The notes: generated by a model from the letters alone, not told the origin. A stretch of 64,000 nt of DNA from Paraspadella gotoi (GCA_051294375.1 CM119267.1:13091081-13155080), one strand, 5' to 3'. Counted from the first letter of the stretch, positions 27,001-42,873 are shown. Made by a program: numbers and translations.

Positions 27001-30000
27001 CCGATCGTGGAGCACGATCCTCGACTTCGTCGTCGTACGTGTCCGATCGGAAAGAGCCGACATGCAGGTAGTTGGTGGGGTGGAGAGGTAAGGAGCTTAC
27101 TTTTCTTTTAGATCGAAAGTAAACGTAATGGACACAACAATATCACTGATGAAAATTTAACACGAGTGTGCAAAACAATGTCGTATTATGCTACGATAAT
27201 TAAAGCGGTAATAGTAATCGATGATAAAATCACGTAAGTAATTATTATTAGACAACTTTAAACAATTTGTACTTAACAACATAACTTGTAACACTCTGTA
27301 TATTGGTTGTACCAATTTCATAAAATTCAGCTCCTGTATTTTGAATGCTGGGCGAGTACAATATTAGTATATCTCGATCTAATACATAAGCCATAAGGGA
27401 TGTCTATTTCATACAATTTGAAACATTTTTGCAAACATTAACCACTTCATATAATAGGATCCACGGTAATATGGGAGCTGAATACACTGACATTGAGAGA
27501 GTCTTGAATGAAAAGCTCAGGACCTGCTATGTCATTATTTGAAGAAGTGCATGGAGGCCTTAAACCACCCATCTATCCAATCAGGGCAAATAGCCTTGTT
27601 TATTAATGAAATACGATAATTTCTTATATTTGGTTACCAATTTATCATTAAAAATTATAACAGATCTTTTATAAATCTAAGAAAAATCATATAAATTCAA
27701 CATGATCTACAATCATTATCAGCTTGCATACATTGAATTAATTTTGCATAATTTGCTAATTTTTATAATCTTTGGTCACTTGCATAATTGTTCAACTTGC
27801 ATAATATTGATCAACTTGCATATTTTTTCAACTTGCATCAATTTTTTATAACTTATATTTTGCGTCAACTGCATTTAATTTGTCAATCTACATACTTTTT
27901 TTAAACTTGCATAATTTTGTTAAACTGCAGACATATGCTTCACTTATAAATTTTGTCAACTGGCAAGCAATCAATCAATTCAACCAATCAATCAATCATC
28001 AGAAGAGAGAGACAGAGAGAAAATTTTTTAAAAATTCAAATAAATGCTGTTATCTTTTTCAATCCTCCGATTCCATCAAAAATTTATCTTCCACTTATTG
28101 CATACTTTCCTACCACACACAAATTTCATATCAATTTATCTATCCCAATTTTATAACTTTAATATTATGAGTAAATCATTAAGTAAATATGACTTATTTT
28201 TACAATTTAAACTCATTCACTCGCACGGTTCAAATGAAATTTCATATCCAAGCCAATCACACACTTTCCTTGCGACATGTTCATCCAATCCAAACCATCC
28301 AATCACGAGTAATGGAGTTTTTTGCTTAAAGTTGTGTCGACGACCGAAGGATGGACGACGGACACATTTTATTTGCATTCGATGTCTTCTGACATGAAAT
28401 AAGTTAATGCCCGACAAGATAGGCAGACCACGGACCACAAATGGATTATTTATAAGTCTTGATTTGCCTGTATAAGCACGATCCGACTAAAAAAACCTCA
28501 AAAACAGTATGATTTTCTCAATGTTACATTTCCTGTGGCGATAATCTCATAGGTCCCTTCACACAAATACTAAATTATAGCTCATTTTGTTCCCGCGTCT
28601 GGCATTTTAAATCGATGCCAATATTATTACATATATCACAGACTTAGTATTAACTTCTTGTCCAGCATGTAACTCACAAATTTTCATCAACTTTTTTTTA
28701 TTTTTTTACCTTTTAATGTTTAACGTAGTCAAACCAAGCAAAACACTTAGTTAATTTAAAAAATATATATGCAAAATGTAGCTTTTACATTTTTGACCAA
28801 CTGTAAATAATAATTTCTAAAAAAAAAATTAATTTTTATTATCAACTATTTTGCAAGAAATCCAAATCCATTTAAAATTTCAAATTTAATTTTAAATTAT
28901 GGTCTTTCTGTCACTTCAATATATATTATCCCGAAAGGGGGAGGTCATCAAAAGAGTTTTGTTGGGATGCTACCGTAATATTTGTGATCTTTTTCATTTT
29001 TGCATTTTTGTTTATGGCCGTATTGTAGTTGGTTTTTTCTGTCGGGTTTGGTTTGTTTGTATGCTGGTTGCAATGCTACAAAGTTTTTTCTGTTTTACCT
29101 TTATCTTCATACATATCAAGAGTAAATCCACCTCCTTTTTAATGTGGCTCTCTAAGTGCAACCCTTTTGAATTTCTTCTGTTATGGTTTCGCTCTATTAT
29201 TTTTTTCTTTCGCTTAAAAAGTTTGTGCTGTTAACTCTCTACTTCCACTGAAGATGACATAGAAACATATGTCGAAAATATCGGAAAAATTTTATTATTT
29301 CTCTCTTTTTTTTTATTCTCTGCACTTTTCCATTATGAAATTGAACGTTTTATTCATATACTTAAACATGCATTGAGATGACACTTAAAAATATTTTTGT
29401 ATATTCTTTAACAAGTATTTTTTCTATCTATTTTATTTAATTGTATTCCTTATTCTACGTTGAAATAAAAGTTATTTTAATCAATTATATACTTTCAAAC
29501 AAAATAAATATTGTTTCAGTTAATCGACGTGCAATTCTCGTGGAAATTATTCACGCTCTTCTCATGCAAAATACTTTATCTTGTACCAAATTTATTACTC
29601 TGTCTCATTACTAACATATGCCTTATATTCGAAAAACAATAGCGTTTTTTACTATGACTGTTTTAATCACGTAAGATGCAAAGACAATCAAAATATGTAA
29701 AAATCAGGCAAAAGTAGCTTAAACGTATAGACAAATTTCGCATTACCATCGTCATTGTAATTAATGTGGGTTTAAACTTGTTTATATAAAAAAACGTTAT
29801 ATTCAAATCAATTTACAATAGAGATCAAGACGAATCTTTTAAACCTATTATCTTTCATTTACAAGCGAAAATTTAAGCATAACAATCAACCAAATACTCT
29901 CTAAATCAAACTGACAAAACACATATTGTCTTTTCTAGCTTTTTGTATTCATTTGTTATGTGGCTATGCTTCGTAGCATGTTAAACAAATCTAAGAGACA

Positions 30001-32364
30001 TATTTTGGAAAATGCATCTTCTTAGAACTTAGTATAATAATTTTATAAAAATATTTTAAAATTGAGATACTAAAAATTATTTTAATAATAAAAAGTTGTA
30101 ATACTTAAATTTTCGAAAAAAAATTTTCTCATGTGAGAATTATAAATAGAACTTGAGAAATAATTGCATTCTTGAAAAAAATCAAGATTTCCCAATTCGA
30201 TTTTGTCACATTGATTGTTTTCATTTTTGATTTATTTATTCTCCTCTACTCGCCAAAATTTATAATTCTTCGTGCAGCATGTTCTGAAAAGTATTTTTTT
30301 TTAATTTTTTCTTTTTTTTTTTTTTTCTTTATTTTCCATAAGTTTCAAGAGGGATTTGAGGACAGTTTTTTTATCTTATTTAATGATATTTGCTATAATG
30401 TTTATGAATCATTGCTTTTATAATATACTGTAATTGGTAAGTTAATGAAAGATGAGCCAAAGTCTGAAATTATCAGAAACAAACGAGAGGAAAGACATAA
30501 GAGAGAGTGACGGCAAAGATGAGAGCTAGAGAAGAAAGCTAAAAGTGAGACAGAGAAATCTGATTGTTGTTTAAGATGCGAGTGCCACGTCGAGGCATAT
30601 CACAAAATATTTTTTTCGTAACCAGAGACGTCAAGATACAGAAAATTCTTTTATTGTGACTGAAAGTGAAATCGCAGGCACTTTAAGGAAGAAAGAGAGA
30701 CAGAAACGGATCAGCAACTGTTGATAACAAAGTGACCAACAGTAATGGAACTCTATGGTGTAAAACTATCCTGAGCTCTAATTTCAATCCAGTCATAGAC
30801 TATGGATATGAATATACTTAATAATTGGTTGATTATCAATAAATATTATGTATTGCAGACTACCCCAAGGCCCCACTATTACTAAATTTAAAACATAATA
30901 TCACAAAAAGAGTTATTATCATTGAAAAATGACCCATCTATAATTTTAGCACTGATAAATATAAAAAAAACTTCTTGATTAGTACAATATTCTACAAAGT
31001 TTACAAACCCTATTGAGTACAAGTTAGCAAATTTTAAGAAAAAATTTAAAATATATTAGAGCTCAGCAAGTTTTTAAAACAAATTTTGACCAATTTTAAT
31101 GTTTAAGATTATTTAAAAAAATTGCTTTAAGGGGGGCAAAAGCCAGACATCCAGGCAGTCCTATAAAATTCCTTAAAGCCATTTTATCCTGTAAATGGAA
31201 AATTCTATCCCATGTCAGATTAAAAAACATTCTAGGTTTCGACTGTAGTAAATATAAATTAAAGATTTGCTTTACGTCAATAAAAATCGACCGTAATTAT
31301 TAACGAAAAATAAAAAAGTTTTATACGACTTGCGTGGCTCATTATCTCGCCATCTAAAAATAATTATTAAAAAATAACAAATTAAATTAATAAATAAATA
31401 TCTTTACTTTGTCTATTTAAACCTACTTCTACAGCTTGATTCCATTGAAACTTGAATTCCATGCTCATAGAATATTTTTTAATCACAGACAAAATTTCAA
31501 CTCAATTGATTCATCCAAACATAGTATACGACTTTAAAGGTTACATGGAGAAGGAAGACAGACAGACATATGACAGCAAAGTCTTAAGTTTTTATATCCA
31601 AACGACAGCTTAAACAGAGGAGATTCCGATGCATTGTTTTTAAGAGATAGTATTTCACATAGTTTAAAATAAACCAATCTTCTTTAGGTTGATTCTGTCA
31701 GCATTATATTTAACTGTATCTGAGCTTTAAGAGAAGATTTTGCATAATTTTCTACACACATTCGGAGAGTAATGCCCTCGATGAGAAAACAATAAAAATG
31801 AAAAAATCAATACTGAAATTTTTTTTTTAACTGCATAGTTTTTCTACGAAACTGTCATGCCTCTTAATCCCTTGAAATGATTTACTGAATTGGCGCAGCA
31901 CTGGTTAAATTTTACGTTAACATAATTACTGTCACAAAGTTACAATCGAGAAAAATCATACGTACAAAATAAAAACTTCGCTGCGTCCCGGGCTTACCAC
32001 CTCTTGACCCCTTTAACTTTGCCCCCTTTTGACCCTTGATCCTCTTAGACCTTTGGACCCTTTAGACCTTTGACGCTCTTCAACCGATCGTTAAAACCGA
32101 AAAGCACGATTTCACTTATTCAGGACCGATTTTTATGTCTCTTCTCTCTCTCCTCTCTCTCCCTCCTCTTCTCTCTCTACTTCCTCACTCTCTACTCACT
32201 CTCTCTCTTTTGTTCATTTCTTCCTAAGCGACTGCTATTCATCGCCATTTTATTTTCCCTTCTCTTTCCAACAAAAGCGCCGTTTACTCGAGTTTTCGAT
32301 TTTTTTCTCTGAAATTTCTGTCTGGATTGCGTTCTTCGCTGTACTGTCACCCTCTCTCTCTCTC

Positions 32365-32435
<71 letters not shown>

Positions 32436-32771
32436 GTTTCAGCGGACTCGTTTGTCGTGATCCTTTTTTGGCCTCCCAACGAAAACGGAAAGCGCGGGCG
32501 AATAAGAATTAACGAGACGCGCTACAGCCTAAGGTCTCTATCGATGATCAGTAAATAGCTACACGCAAATATGAAGAGGTAACGCCGCAACGACGGCCTG
32601 TTTCTCTTTGGGGGGCTTATAGACAATTCGAGGGGAGGGGAGAGAGAGGAGAAGGGGGAGGTGGCAGGAGGGAGATTCAATGGTGGTAATGCTGAGAATC
32701 GCATCCCGAAATTTTGTACACGTAAAGTTTCGTTGAAAGGAAATTTATGAGTTTCTAAGAAGACGAAAAGT

Positions 32772-32837
<66 letters not shown>

Positions 32838-34599
32838 AGACGAGAGGAGAAAAATATTCTGGGAAACAACAAAGACGATATTTTGCATCACCTTGTTGAC
32901 CACTGTATCGTCACTTTATCAATAATTCGTTATGAAAGGAGAAATAGCGAAAGATAGAAACGCAAAAGCAGGGCGATCGGTGTATTCCTTTGCCTTCAAC
33001 AAACCTGTCAGAATTGACAGCACGTAAAGTCAGTCTGGGAAAAGCCTTGGTTTCAGTGAAGTATTCCTCCCTCAGTCCTTTTCCTTCCGCACTCCAGCAC
33101 CCTTGCTCTTCCAGCACCCGGGCCCTCTTTTCAAATTAAATACTAAATGCTCATCCCAAACATCGTCGTTCCTCCTCTCTCTATCTCGTCCTGAATCTGA
33201 TGCTTCTTGTTTGGTCACGCTAGTCTTGTCGTTGAGCTCCACCCATTGCTCGACGCTCTTCCTATTTCTCTTTTTTTCTTCCTCCTTTTTTTTTCTTCTC
33301 TCTTTTTTTCCTCCCCCTCCCCCCACTCTCTCTCTATCTCTTTGTCTTTTTCGTCTTTCTTTTCGGTCATGAGGTCCTCTCCTCTCCTGTGATCAACATC
33401 TCCATTCTATTTCTTCGCTCTTGGCTTTGCACATGGCTTTGAGAAAGCCCGGTTCGAATTAATAACTACTCTCTCGCCTCTCTCTCTCTTCTCTCCTCCT
33501 CTCTCTCTCTCCTTCTCTCCTCTCTCTTCTCTCTCTCTCTCCTCTACAAATAACTTTCTAACTTCCGCCCCCTTAATTATCGCCCCGCCCAGAATCCTGA
33601 CTCGAAAATATTGAGACACTTACTTATCCATTATTTATATTATCTCCTTCTTCACGCCAAACAAAATTCAGAAAGAAAATAAGATTTGTATTTCTCTTTC
33701 TCTATCTTTCTCTCTCGCTCAAAAAGTATATAAAATAAGAAATCTATTAAATAAGATAAATCCATCATCGACTCTCTCCATTTCTCTCTATTCTCTCTCT
33801 CATTTTTTATTTAATACCTCCACCTTCATCCAACCATTAACTATCTGTTTAGCCAATATCGTTAAACGGGACCCCCTTTTTGAGGAGTGGCCGTTCCCAA
33901 CGGAGCGCCCTTGATTCCATTCTTATAAGCGCTGTTCTTCCCCAATTTATCCCGCTCCCCCCTCGTGTGTTTTCCGCACCAAATCTTATTCGTACCTCCC
34001 CCCCTCCGCCACCCCTATTCCCCAGAATCCCGCATTTTATCCGATTCTTTGGCTCATTGTTGGGGGCGCCCCGGTACGCGCGATGCCGCGTGGTCGAGCC
34101 GTGTCGAAAAGATTAGATCACGGCAGAATGTCTCAGAGGAAGTCTCTCTTCTCCTCTCTCTCATCGCTCCTCTCTCTCTCTCTCTCTCTGCTCTCTTTCT
34201 CTCTCTACTCTCTTCTCTCTCTCTATCTCTCTCTCTCTCTCAGTGGGAGATGCAGAAAAAGTGCTGCAGACGAAAAAAACGAAAAGCGTCGCGTATCGGA
34301 AAACCCAAAACAATTTAGTCTTTGTTTATTTACTTTTCCTTTTTAAAAGTTAATCATTTTCTATGTTTTGAAGAAGGATAGAGAGATGGCGCTTAGGAGG
34401 GAAAAGTGGTAATGAAATAAACAAAAGTAAATTAACCGTAAAGAAAAGGAAAAAAAGAGANNNNNNNNNNNNNNNNNNNNNNNNNNNNNNNNNNNNNNNN
34501 NNNNNNNNNNNNNNNNNNNNNNNNNNNNNNNNNNNNNNNNNNNNNNNNNNNNNNNNNNNNNNNNNNNNNNNNNNNNNNNNNNNNNNNNNNNNNNNNNNN

Positions 34600-34633
<34 letters not shown>

Positions 34634-37008
34634 ACATTATAAAAGCTTATTAAAATCTATCGAAGATATAATCTAGTTTAGATATCACGAAGCTGTAATT
34701 GAGCTTTTTTTAAAAGTGATTACTTCGCCTACCTGTATAAAAGAGTTGTGGACGAGGAGGCTTTGACTTTGAGCTCCGCCAGAGTTCCGGTCAACGAAAT
34801 CAAAACTCGAGTCGCACCTGAAAAAAATAAAACAAACGGAACTCAAAATTTGTCAAAAAAAAGAGAGAGAAAGCTAAGGAGGAAGAAAGAGGAAGCCAGG
34901 TGAAGCGGGACTGACATCGTATTTTTCGTCGTCTTCGTCATTTTTAACGTTCACTGTCGCTGTCATTTAGTCTGACATCGTCTTTTTTGTCGTCTTCGTC
35001 ATCTTTAACGTTCATTGTCGCTGTCATTTACTGTGACATCGCCTTTTTCATCGTCTTCATCATCTTTAATGTTCATTGTCGCTGTCATTTAGTCTGACAT
35101 AGTCTTTTTCGTCATCTTCGTCATCTTTAACGTTCATTGCCGCTGTCATTTACTCTGACATCATCTTTTTCATCGTCTTCGTCATCTTTAACGTTCATTG
35201 CCGCTGTCATTTACTCTGACATCTACTTTTTCATCGTCTTCGTCATCTCTAACGTTCTTTGTCACTGTCATTTATTTTGACAAGCTCTTTTTCGTCATCT
35301 TTGTCATCTTTAATGTTCATTGTCGCTGTCATTTACTCTGACTTCGTCTTTTTCGTCATCTTCGTGATCCTTATCGTTCTTGTCGCAGTCATCTTACTTG
35401 TCCATACGTTTTCTTNNNNNNNNNNNNNNNNNNNNNNNNNNNNNNNNNNNNNNNNNNNNNNNNNNNNNNNNNNNNNNNNNNNNNNNNNNNNNNNNNNNNN
35501 NNNNNNNNNNNNNNNNNNNNNNNNNNNNNNNNNNNNNNNNNNNNNNNNNNNNNNNNNNNNNNNNNNNNNNNNNNNNNNNNNNNNNNNCCACCGGGGCATC
35601 GCCGCCGGTCACCGGGGCCGCCCCTTCCAAAAATGGCCAAAGAATCGGATAAAAGGGCGAAGGATTCTGGGGAACAGGGGTGGCGGAGGGGGGGAGGTCG
35701 AAAAGATTTGGTGCGGAAACACCCGAGGGGGGAGCGGGATAAATTGGGGAGAGGAACAGCGCCTTATAACGGATGGAACCAAGGCGCGCTCCTTGGGAAA
35801 GGCCACTCAGGGTCGTCACGAATATTGGCTACAGATCAGGTTAATGGTTTCGGATGAAGGTGGAGGTATTAAATAAAAAAATGAGAGAGAGAAAGAGAGA
35901 AACGGAGAGAGTCGATGATGGATTTCTCTCTCTATTTAATAGATTTCTTATTTTATTACTTTTTGAGCGAGAGGAGAAAGATAGAGAAAGAGAAATACCA
36001 AATCTTCTTTCTTTCTTGAATTTTTTTGGCGGTGAAGAGAGATAATATAAATATTGGAAAGTAAATGTCTCAATCTTTTCGAGTCAGGATTCTGGGCGGG
36101 GCGATTAATTAAGGGGGCGGAATGTTAGAAAAGTTTGATTTGTAAGAGNNNNNNNNNNNNNNNNNNNNNNNNNNNNNNNNNNNNNNNNNNNNNNNNNNNN
36201 NNNNNNNNNNNNNNNNNNNNNNNNNNNNNNNNNNNNNNNNNNNNNNNNNNNNNNNNNNNNNNNNNNNNNNNNNNNNNNNNNNNNNNNNNNNNNNNNNNNN
36301 NNNNNNNNNNNNNNNNNNNNNNNNNNNNNNNNNNNNNNNNNNNNNNNNNNNNNNNNNNNNNNNNNNNNNNNNNNNNNNNNNNGAGGAAGAAAAAAAAGAG
36401 AGGAAGAAAAAAAAGAGAAATAGAGAAGAGCCGTCGAGCAATGGAGCTCAACAAACTTAGGCGTGACCAAACAAAAAAGCATCAGGATTCAGGAGATAAA
36501 GAGAGAGGAGGAACGACGATGTTTTGGGAAAGGAGCATTTAGTATTTAATTTGAAAAGAGGGCGCCGGGTGCTGGGAAGAGCAAGGGCTTGCTGGGCAGT
36601 GGGCGCGAAGGAAAAGGACTGAGGGGAGGAATACTTCACTGAAACCCAAGGCTTTTCCCAGAACTGACCTTTACGCTGTCAAATTCTGACAGGTTGTTTG
36701 AAGGCAAAGGAATACAACCGACTCGCCCTCTTTTTGCGTTTCTATCTTTCGCTATTTTCTCTTTCATACGAATTATTGAATACAAGTGAGCGACACCAGT
36801 GGTCAAACCCCAAGGTGATGCAAAACTATCGCTCTNNNNNNNNNNNNNNNNNNNNNNNNNNNNNNNNNNNNNNNNNNNNNNNNNNNNNNNNNNNNNNNNN
36901 NNNNNNNNNNNNNNNNNNNNNNNNNNNNNNNNNNNNNNNNNNNNNNNNNNNNNNNNNNNNNNNNNNNNNNNNNNNNNNNNNNNNNNNNNNNNNNNNNNNN
37001 NNNNNNNN

Positions 37009-37041
<33 letters not shown>

Positions 37042-40000
37042 ACAAAAAAGTCGGTCCTGAAAGTGAAATCGTCATTTATCGGTTTTAACGATCGGTTGAA
37101 GAGCGGTCAAAGGTCTAAAGGGGTCAAAGGTCTAAAAGGATCAAAGGTCAAAAGGGGGCAAAAGTTGAAAGGGGTCAAAGGTGGGTAAACCCGGGACGCA
37201 CGAAGTTTTTATTTTGTACAGTATGATTTTTCTCGTTTGTAACATTTTGTGACAGTATATCTATGTAACCGTAAAATTTAACCAGTGGCTGCGCCAATAC
37301 ATGTAAATCACTTTCAAGGCATTTAAGACCGCGATGTACATCTCGTAGAAAAAACTACTGCAGTGTTAAAAAAAAATTTCAGTATTGATTTTTTCATTTT
37401 TTATTGTTTTCTCATCGAGGGCATTACTCCGAATGTTAGTAGAAAATTAATGCAAAATTCTCTTAAAGCTCTCAAGATACAGTTAAATACATAAATGCTG
37501 ACAGAATTCAAACTAAAGAAGATTGGTTTATTCTTTAAACATGTGAACAACATATCTCTTAAAAACAATGCAATCGGAATCTCCTCTGTTTAAGCTGTCG
37601 TTTGATATCAAAACTTTAAACACTTTGTCTTGTCCATATTGTCTGTCTGTCCATCCTTTCTCCAGTACCTTTAAAGTCGTATTACTTATTTGGATGAATC
37701 AATTGAGTTGAAATTTTGTCTGTGATTAAAAAACTAGTTCATTGAGCTGGAATTCAAGTTTCAATGGAATCAAGCTAGTAGAAGTAGGTTTATAATAGAA
37801 AAAGTAAAGATCAATTTTAATTTATTAATTTAATTTTTATTAATATTATTTTTAGATGCGCGAGATTAAAGACCACGCAAGTCTATCAAAAACTTTTTTT
37901 ATTTTCGTTATTATACGGTCGATTTTTATTTGACCTTAAAGCAAATCTTTAATTTATATTTACTACAGTACCGCGAAACCTAGAATTGTTTTTAAACTGT
38001 ACATGGGATAACTTTTCCATTTACAGGATAAATGGCTTTAGGATTTTATAGGACGTTGCCTGGATGTCTGGCTATTGCCCATTTAAGCAATTTTTTTTAA
38101 AAATAATCTTAAACCACTTAAAAATTGGGTCAAATTTTTTTTTAAAAAACTTGCTGAGCTCTAATATATTTTAAATTTTTTCTTAAAATTTTGCTAACTT
38201 GTACTCAATAGGGTTTGTAAACTTCTGTAGAAATATGTACTATCAAAAAGTTTTTTCTTATTTATCAGTGCTAATATTTTAGATGGGTCATTTTTCAATG
38301 ATACATAACTTCCTTATTTGTGAATATTATGGTTTTAAATTTTAGTAATAGGTGGGCCTTGGGTAGTCCTGCAATACATATATTTATTGATAAATCAACC
38401 ACTTATTAATTATATTCATATCCATAGTCTATGATCTGGATTGAAAATTAGAGCTCAGATAAGTTTTACCATAGAGTTCATTACTGTTGGTCACTTTGTT
38501 ATCCAAACAGTTGCTGACTCTCTTTTCTGTCTCTCTTTCTTCCTTAACCAGTGCCGCGATTTCACTTTTCAGTCACAATAAAAATATCTTTCTTATCTGA
38601 CGTCTCCTGGTTACGAAAAAAAAATAATTTGTGATAGCCTCGAACGTGCAACCTCGCATCTTATAACAACAATCAGAATTCTCTGTCTCACTTTAGCTTT
38701 TGCTCTCTAGCTCTCCACTCTTTGCCTCACTCTCTCTATGTCGCTTTCTCTTTGTTTCTGCATCAATTTCAGAACTTTTGCTCACTTACATTACATTACA
38801 CACATTACAGTATTATTATTAAAAGCAATGATTCATAAACAATTAATAGCAAATGATCACAATAACATAAGATAAGAAAAACTGTCCTCCAAATCCTCTT
38901 GAATACTTATGGAAAACATAAAGAAAAAAAAAAAAGAAAAAAAACAAAAAATTTAAAAAAATACTTTTTCAGACCTGCTCACGAAGAATTATAATTTTGC
39001 TTAAAAAATAAAATAAAATCAAAAAAATAAAAAACATCAGATTGTGACAAAATCGATTGGGAAAATCTGATTTTTTTCAAAATGCAAAATTATTTCTCAA
39101 GTTCCTTTTATAATTCTCCATGAGGACAAATGTTTTTTTTCGAAAATTTAAATATTCAACTTTTTAATTAAAAAAATCATTTTTAGTATTACTAAATTTT
39201 AAAATATTTTTATAAAAATTTATACCTAAAGTTCTAAGAAGATGCTTTTCCCAAAAATGTCTCTTAGATCTTTCTTAAAATGCCAACAAGTCACAGCCAC
39301 AAAAATGAATACAAAAACTAGAAAAAAGCAATATTGTTTTGTCATTCTGATTTAGAGATATTTGGTTGATTGTTATGCCTTAAATTTCTCTTAAATGAAA
39401 AAATAATAGGTTTATAAAGATAGCTCTGATCTCTAGTTGTAAATTGAGTTTGAATATAACTTTTTTTAATCAACAAGTTTAACCAGATTAATTACAATGA
39501 CGATGGTATGAAATTTTGTCACCGTTTTAAGCTACTTTTAGCCTGATTTTTTACATATTTTGATTGTCTTTGCGATCTTACTGATTAAAAACAGTCATAG
39601 TAAAAAAAGCCTATGTTCTTTCGAATATAAGGCATATGTTAGTAATCAGACAGAGTAAAAATTTTGGTCACAAGATAAAGAATTTTGCATGAGAAGAGCG
39701 TGAATAAAATTTTCCACGGGACTGTGCACCGCGACTTAAACTGAAACAATATTATTTTTGTTTAGAAGTATGATATATGATTAAAATACTTTTATCAAAA
39801 CATAGAATAAGAAAATACAATTAAATAAAATAGAATAAGAAAAAAATACTTGTTTAAAAAATATCCAAAAAATATTTTTAATGTCATCTCATGCATAGTT
39901 AGTATAATGATGAAAACGTTCAATTTCATAATGAGGAGAACAGTGCAGAAAAAAAAAGAGAAAATAATAAAATTTTCCATATATTTCGACATATGATTCT

Positions 40001-42781
40001 ATGTCATCTTCAGTGGAAGTAAGAGAGTTAACAAGCAAATCTTTTGCAAAGAAAAAAATAATAAGAGAGAAACACAATAACAGAAGAACCCAAAAGGGTT
40101 GCACTTCAGCCAACCAAGTTAAAAAGGAGGTGGAGTTTACTCTTGATATGTATGAAGATAACGGTCAAAACAGAAAAAAAACTTTGTAGCATTGCAACCA
40201 CATACAAACAACCAAACCCAGAACAGAAAACAACCACTACCAATACAGGCAATCATAAACACAAAATACCAAAAATGAAAACATCACAAATATCTACGCA
40301 ATCCCAACAAACCTCTTTGATGTCCTCCCCTTTCGGGATAATAATATTGAAGAAGACAAGACATAATTTTAAAATGTAAACTTTGAAATTTTAAGATCGG
40401 ATTTGGATTTCTTGCAAAAAGTTGATATAAGAAAGTATAATTTTTTTTGAAAAATTATTTCATTAAGTTGGTCAAAAATGTAAAAAACTACATTTTGCAT
40501 AATATATCTTTTTAATTTAACTAAGTTTTGATTGGTTGTGACTACGTAAAACATTAAAAGGTAAAAATAAAAAAAAGTTGATCGACAAATTTGATGAGTT
40601 CATTGGAGCAAAGAAGTTAATACTAAAGTCTTGTTAGAATTATGTAAAAATTGATCGATTTAAAAATGCCAGACGGCGGGAAACAAAATGAGCTATAATT
40701 TAAGTATTTAGTGTGAAGGGACTATGAGATATCGCCACAGGAAATGTAACAATTGAGAAAAATCATACTGTATTTTTGAGGTTTTTTAGTCGGATCTGCT
40801 TATCAGCAATTCAAGACTTTATAATCCACTTTGTCGGTCCGTCGGTCTGCCCCCTCAATCTTGTCGGGCATTAACTTATTTCATGTCAGAACATCGAATT
40901 ATGCAAAAAAAATGATGTCCGTCCGTCCATCTGTCGGTCCGTCCGACCCACTTTAGCAAAAAACTCCAATTACTCGTGATTGGATGGTTGGATTGGAATG
41001 ACATGTGCGGCAAGGAAAGTGTGTGATTGAGCTTGATATAAAGTTTCATTGGAACCGTGCGAGTGGAAATGAGTTTAAATTGTAAAAACAAAAGTCATAT
41101 TTACTTATATTTACTCATAATTATTAAAGTTATTAAAAATTGGATAGATAAATTGATATGAAATTTAGTGTGTGGGTAGGAAAGTATGCAAATAAGCTGG
41201 AAATAAATTTTTGATGGAATCGGAGGAGTGAAAAAGAAAACCAAATGACACATTTGAATTTTTAAAAAATTTTCTCTCTCTCTTCTCTCTCTGAATGATT
41301 GATTGATTGATTGGTTGATTGATTGATTGCTTGCAAGTTGACAAAATTATCTAAGTGAGCATATTCTGCAAGTTAACTAAAATTATGCAAGTTAAAAAAA
41401 AGTATGTCAGTTGACCAAATTATGCCAGTTGACCAAATAATAAGTTGAAAAAAATTATGCAAGTTGAAAAAAATATGCAAGTTGATCAAATTATGCAAGT
41501 TGAACAAATTATGCAAGTTGACCAAATTATAAAAAATTAGCAAATTATGCAAAATTATCAAATTATGCAAGCTGATAATGATTGATAGATCATTTGATTT
41601 ATAGATTTTTTCTTAGATTTATTAAAAAGTCTGTTATAATTTTTTATGAAATTGGTACAACCAATATAAAAATTATCTATTCATTTAATAAACAAGCTAT
41701 CTTGCCCCTGACTTGGGATAGGCATGGGTGGTTTAAGGCCTCCATCACTCTTACAAAATAATGACATAGCAGGTCCCTGCAAGCTTTCAATCAAGACTCT
41801 CTCACAGTCACGTTTATTCACTCCCATATTACCTGGCTTCCCTATCAATGAAGTGGTATAATGTTTCAAAGAATGTTTCAAATGTATGAAAAGACCACTC
41901 CCTTATGGCTTATGTATTAGATCGGAGAATACTATATTGTACTCCGCCCAGCATCAAAATACAAGGAGCTGAATTTTATGAAATTGGTACAACCAATATA
42001 CAACGTGTTACAACGTTTTATGATCTGTTAAGATCACAAATTGAAAGTCAGAAAACATTACCGTGATTTATCATCGGATTAGCTTATTACCGCTTAATTA
42101 TCGTAGCCATATCCGACATTGTTTGCACAAACTTGTTTAAATTTTCATCAGTTGATTTGTTGTGTCCTTCGTTTACTTCGTCTAAAAGTAAAAGTAAGAC
42201 TCCTTACCCTCCCCTCCACCCCCCCAAACTCACCCTGCCTCGCTCCGGCTCCTTTCCCATCGGACACGACGACGACGAAGTCAAGGATCGTCTCCACGAT
42301 CGGATTCGAGGCTTCGTTGATGAGGAAGACGCGCCCCTCGGCGTCCACGCGGACCACGTCCGAGTAAGGCCCGATCACGACGAACTTTAGCTTCGTCGAA
42401 GTGTCACGATCTTTGGCCGTCAGGCGGCCGCAGGGAGACTGGATTGGAGGGGGGGCGTTTGATTTGGGGAGAGCGAAAAGGGGAGGGAAGAAAGGAATTA
42501 ATATTTGTGGTAATATTTTATTAATACGTAACTGATATAGCGATATTTTTTTCTATTTATTAATGACATCAATCAATCGATCAATCAATCAATCAATCCA
42601 TCAATCAATCATTCAATCAATCAAACGAATCAATGTTACTTTGGAGCGAACGTCGCAAGAGAACTCGTAAGCGGTTTGATCGAAAACTGGATTGTTGTCG
42701 TTCATATCCTCGACAATGACTCGGACGGGAGCTTGGGAGAGGTAGTTCCCGTCCGTCACCGATATTCTGAAAAGGGGATTG

Positions 42782-42873
<92 letters not shown>

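Noticed and set aside
34911-35395. Regular repeat array superficially like CRISPR
   Set aside because: Contiguous 61-bp units with no unique spacers, in a eukaryotic intron, with no cas genes.
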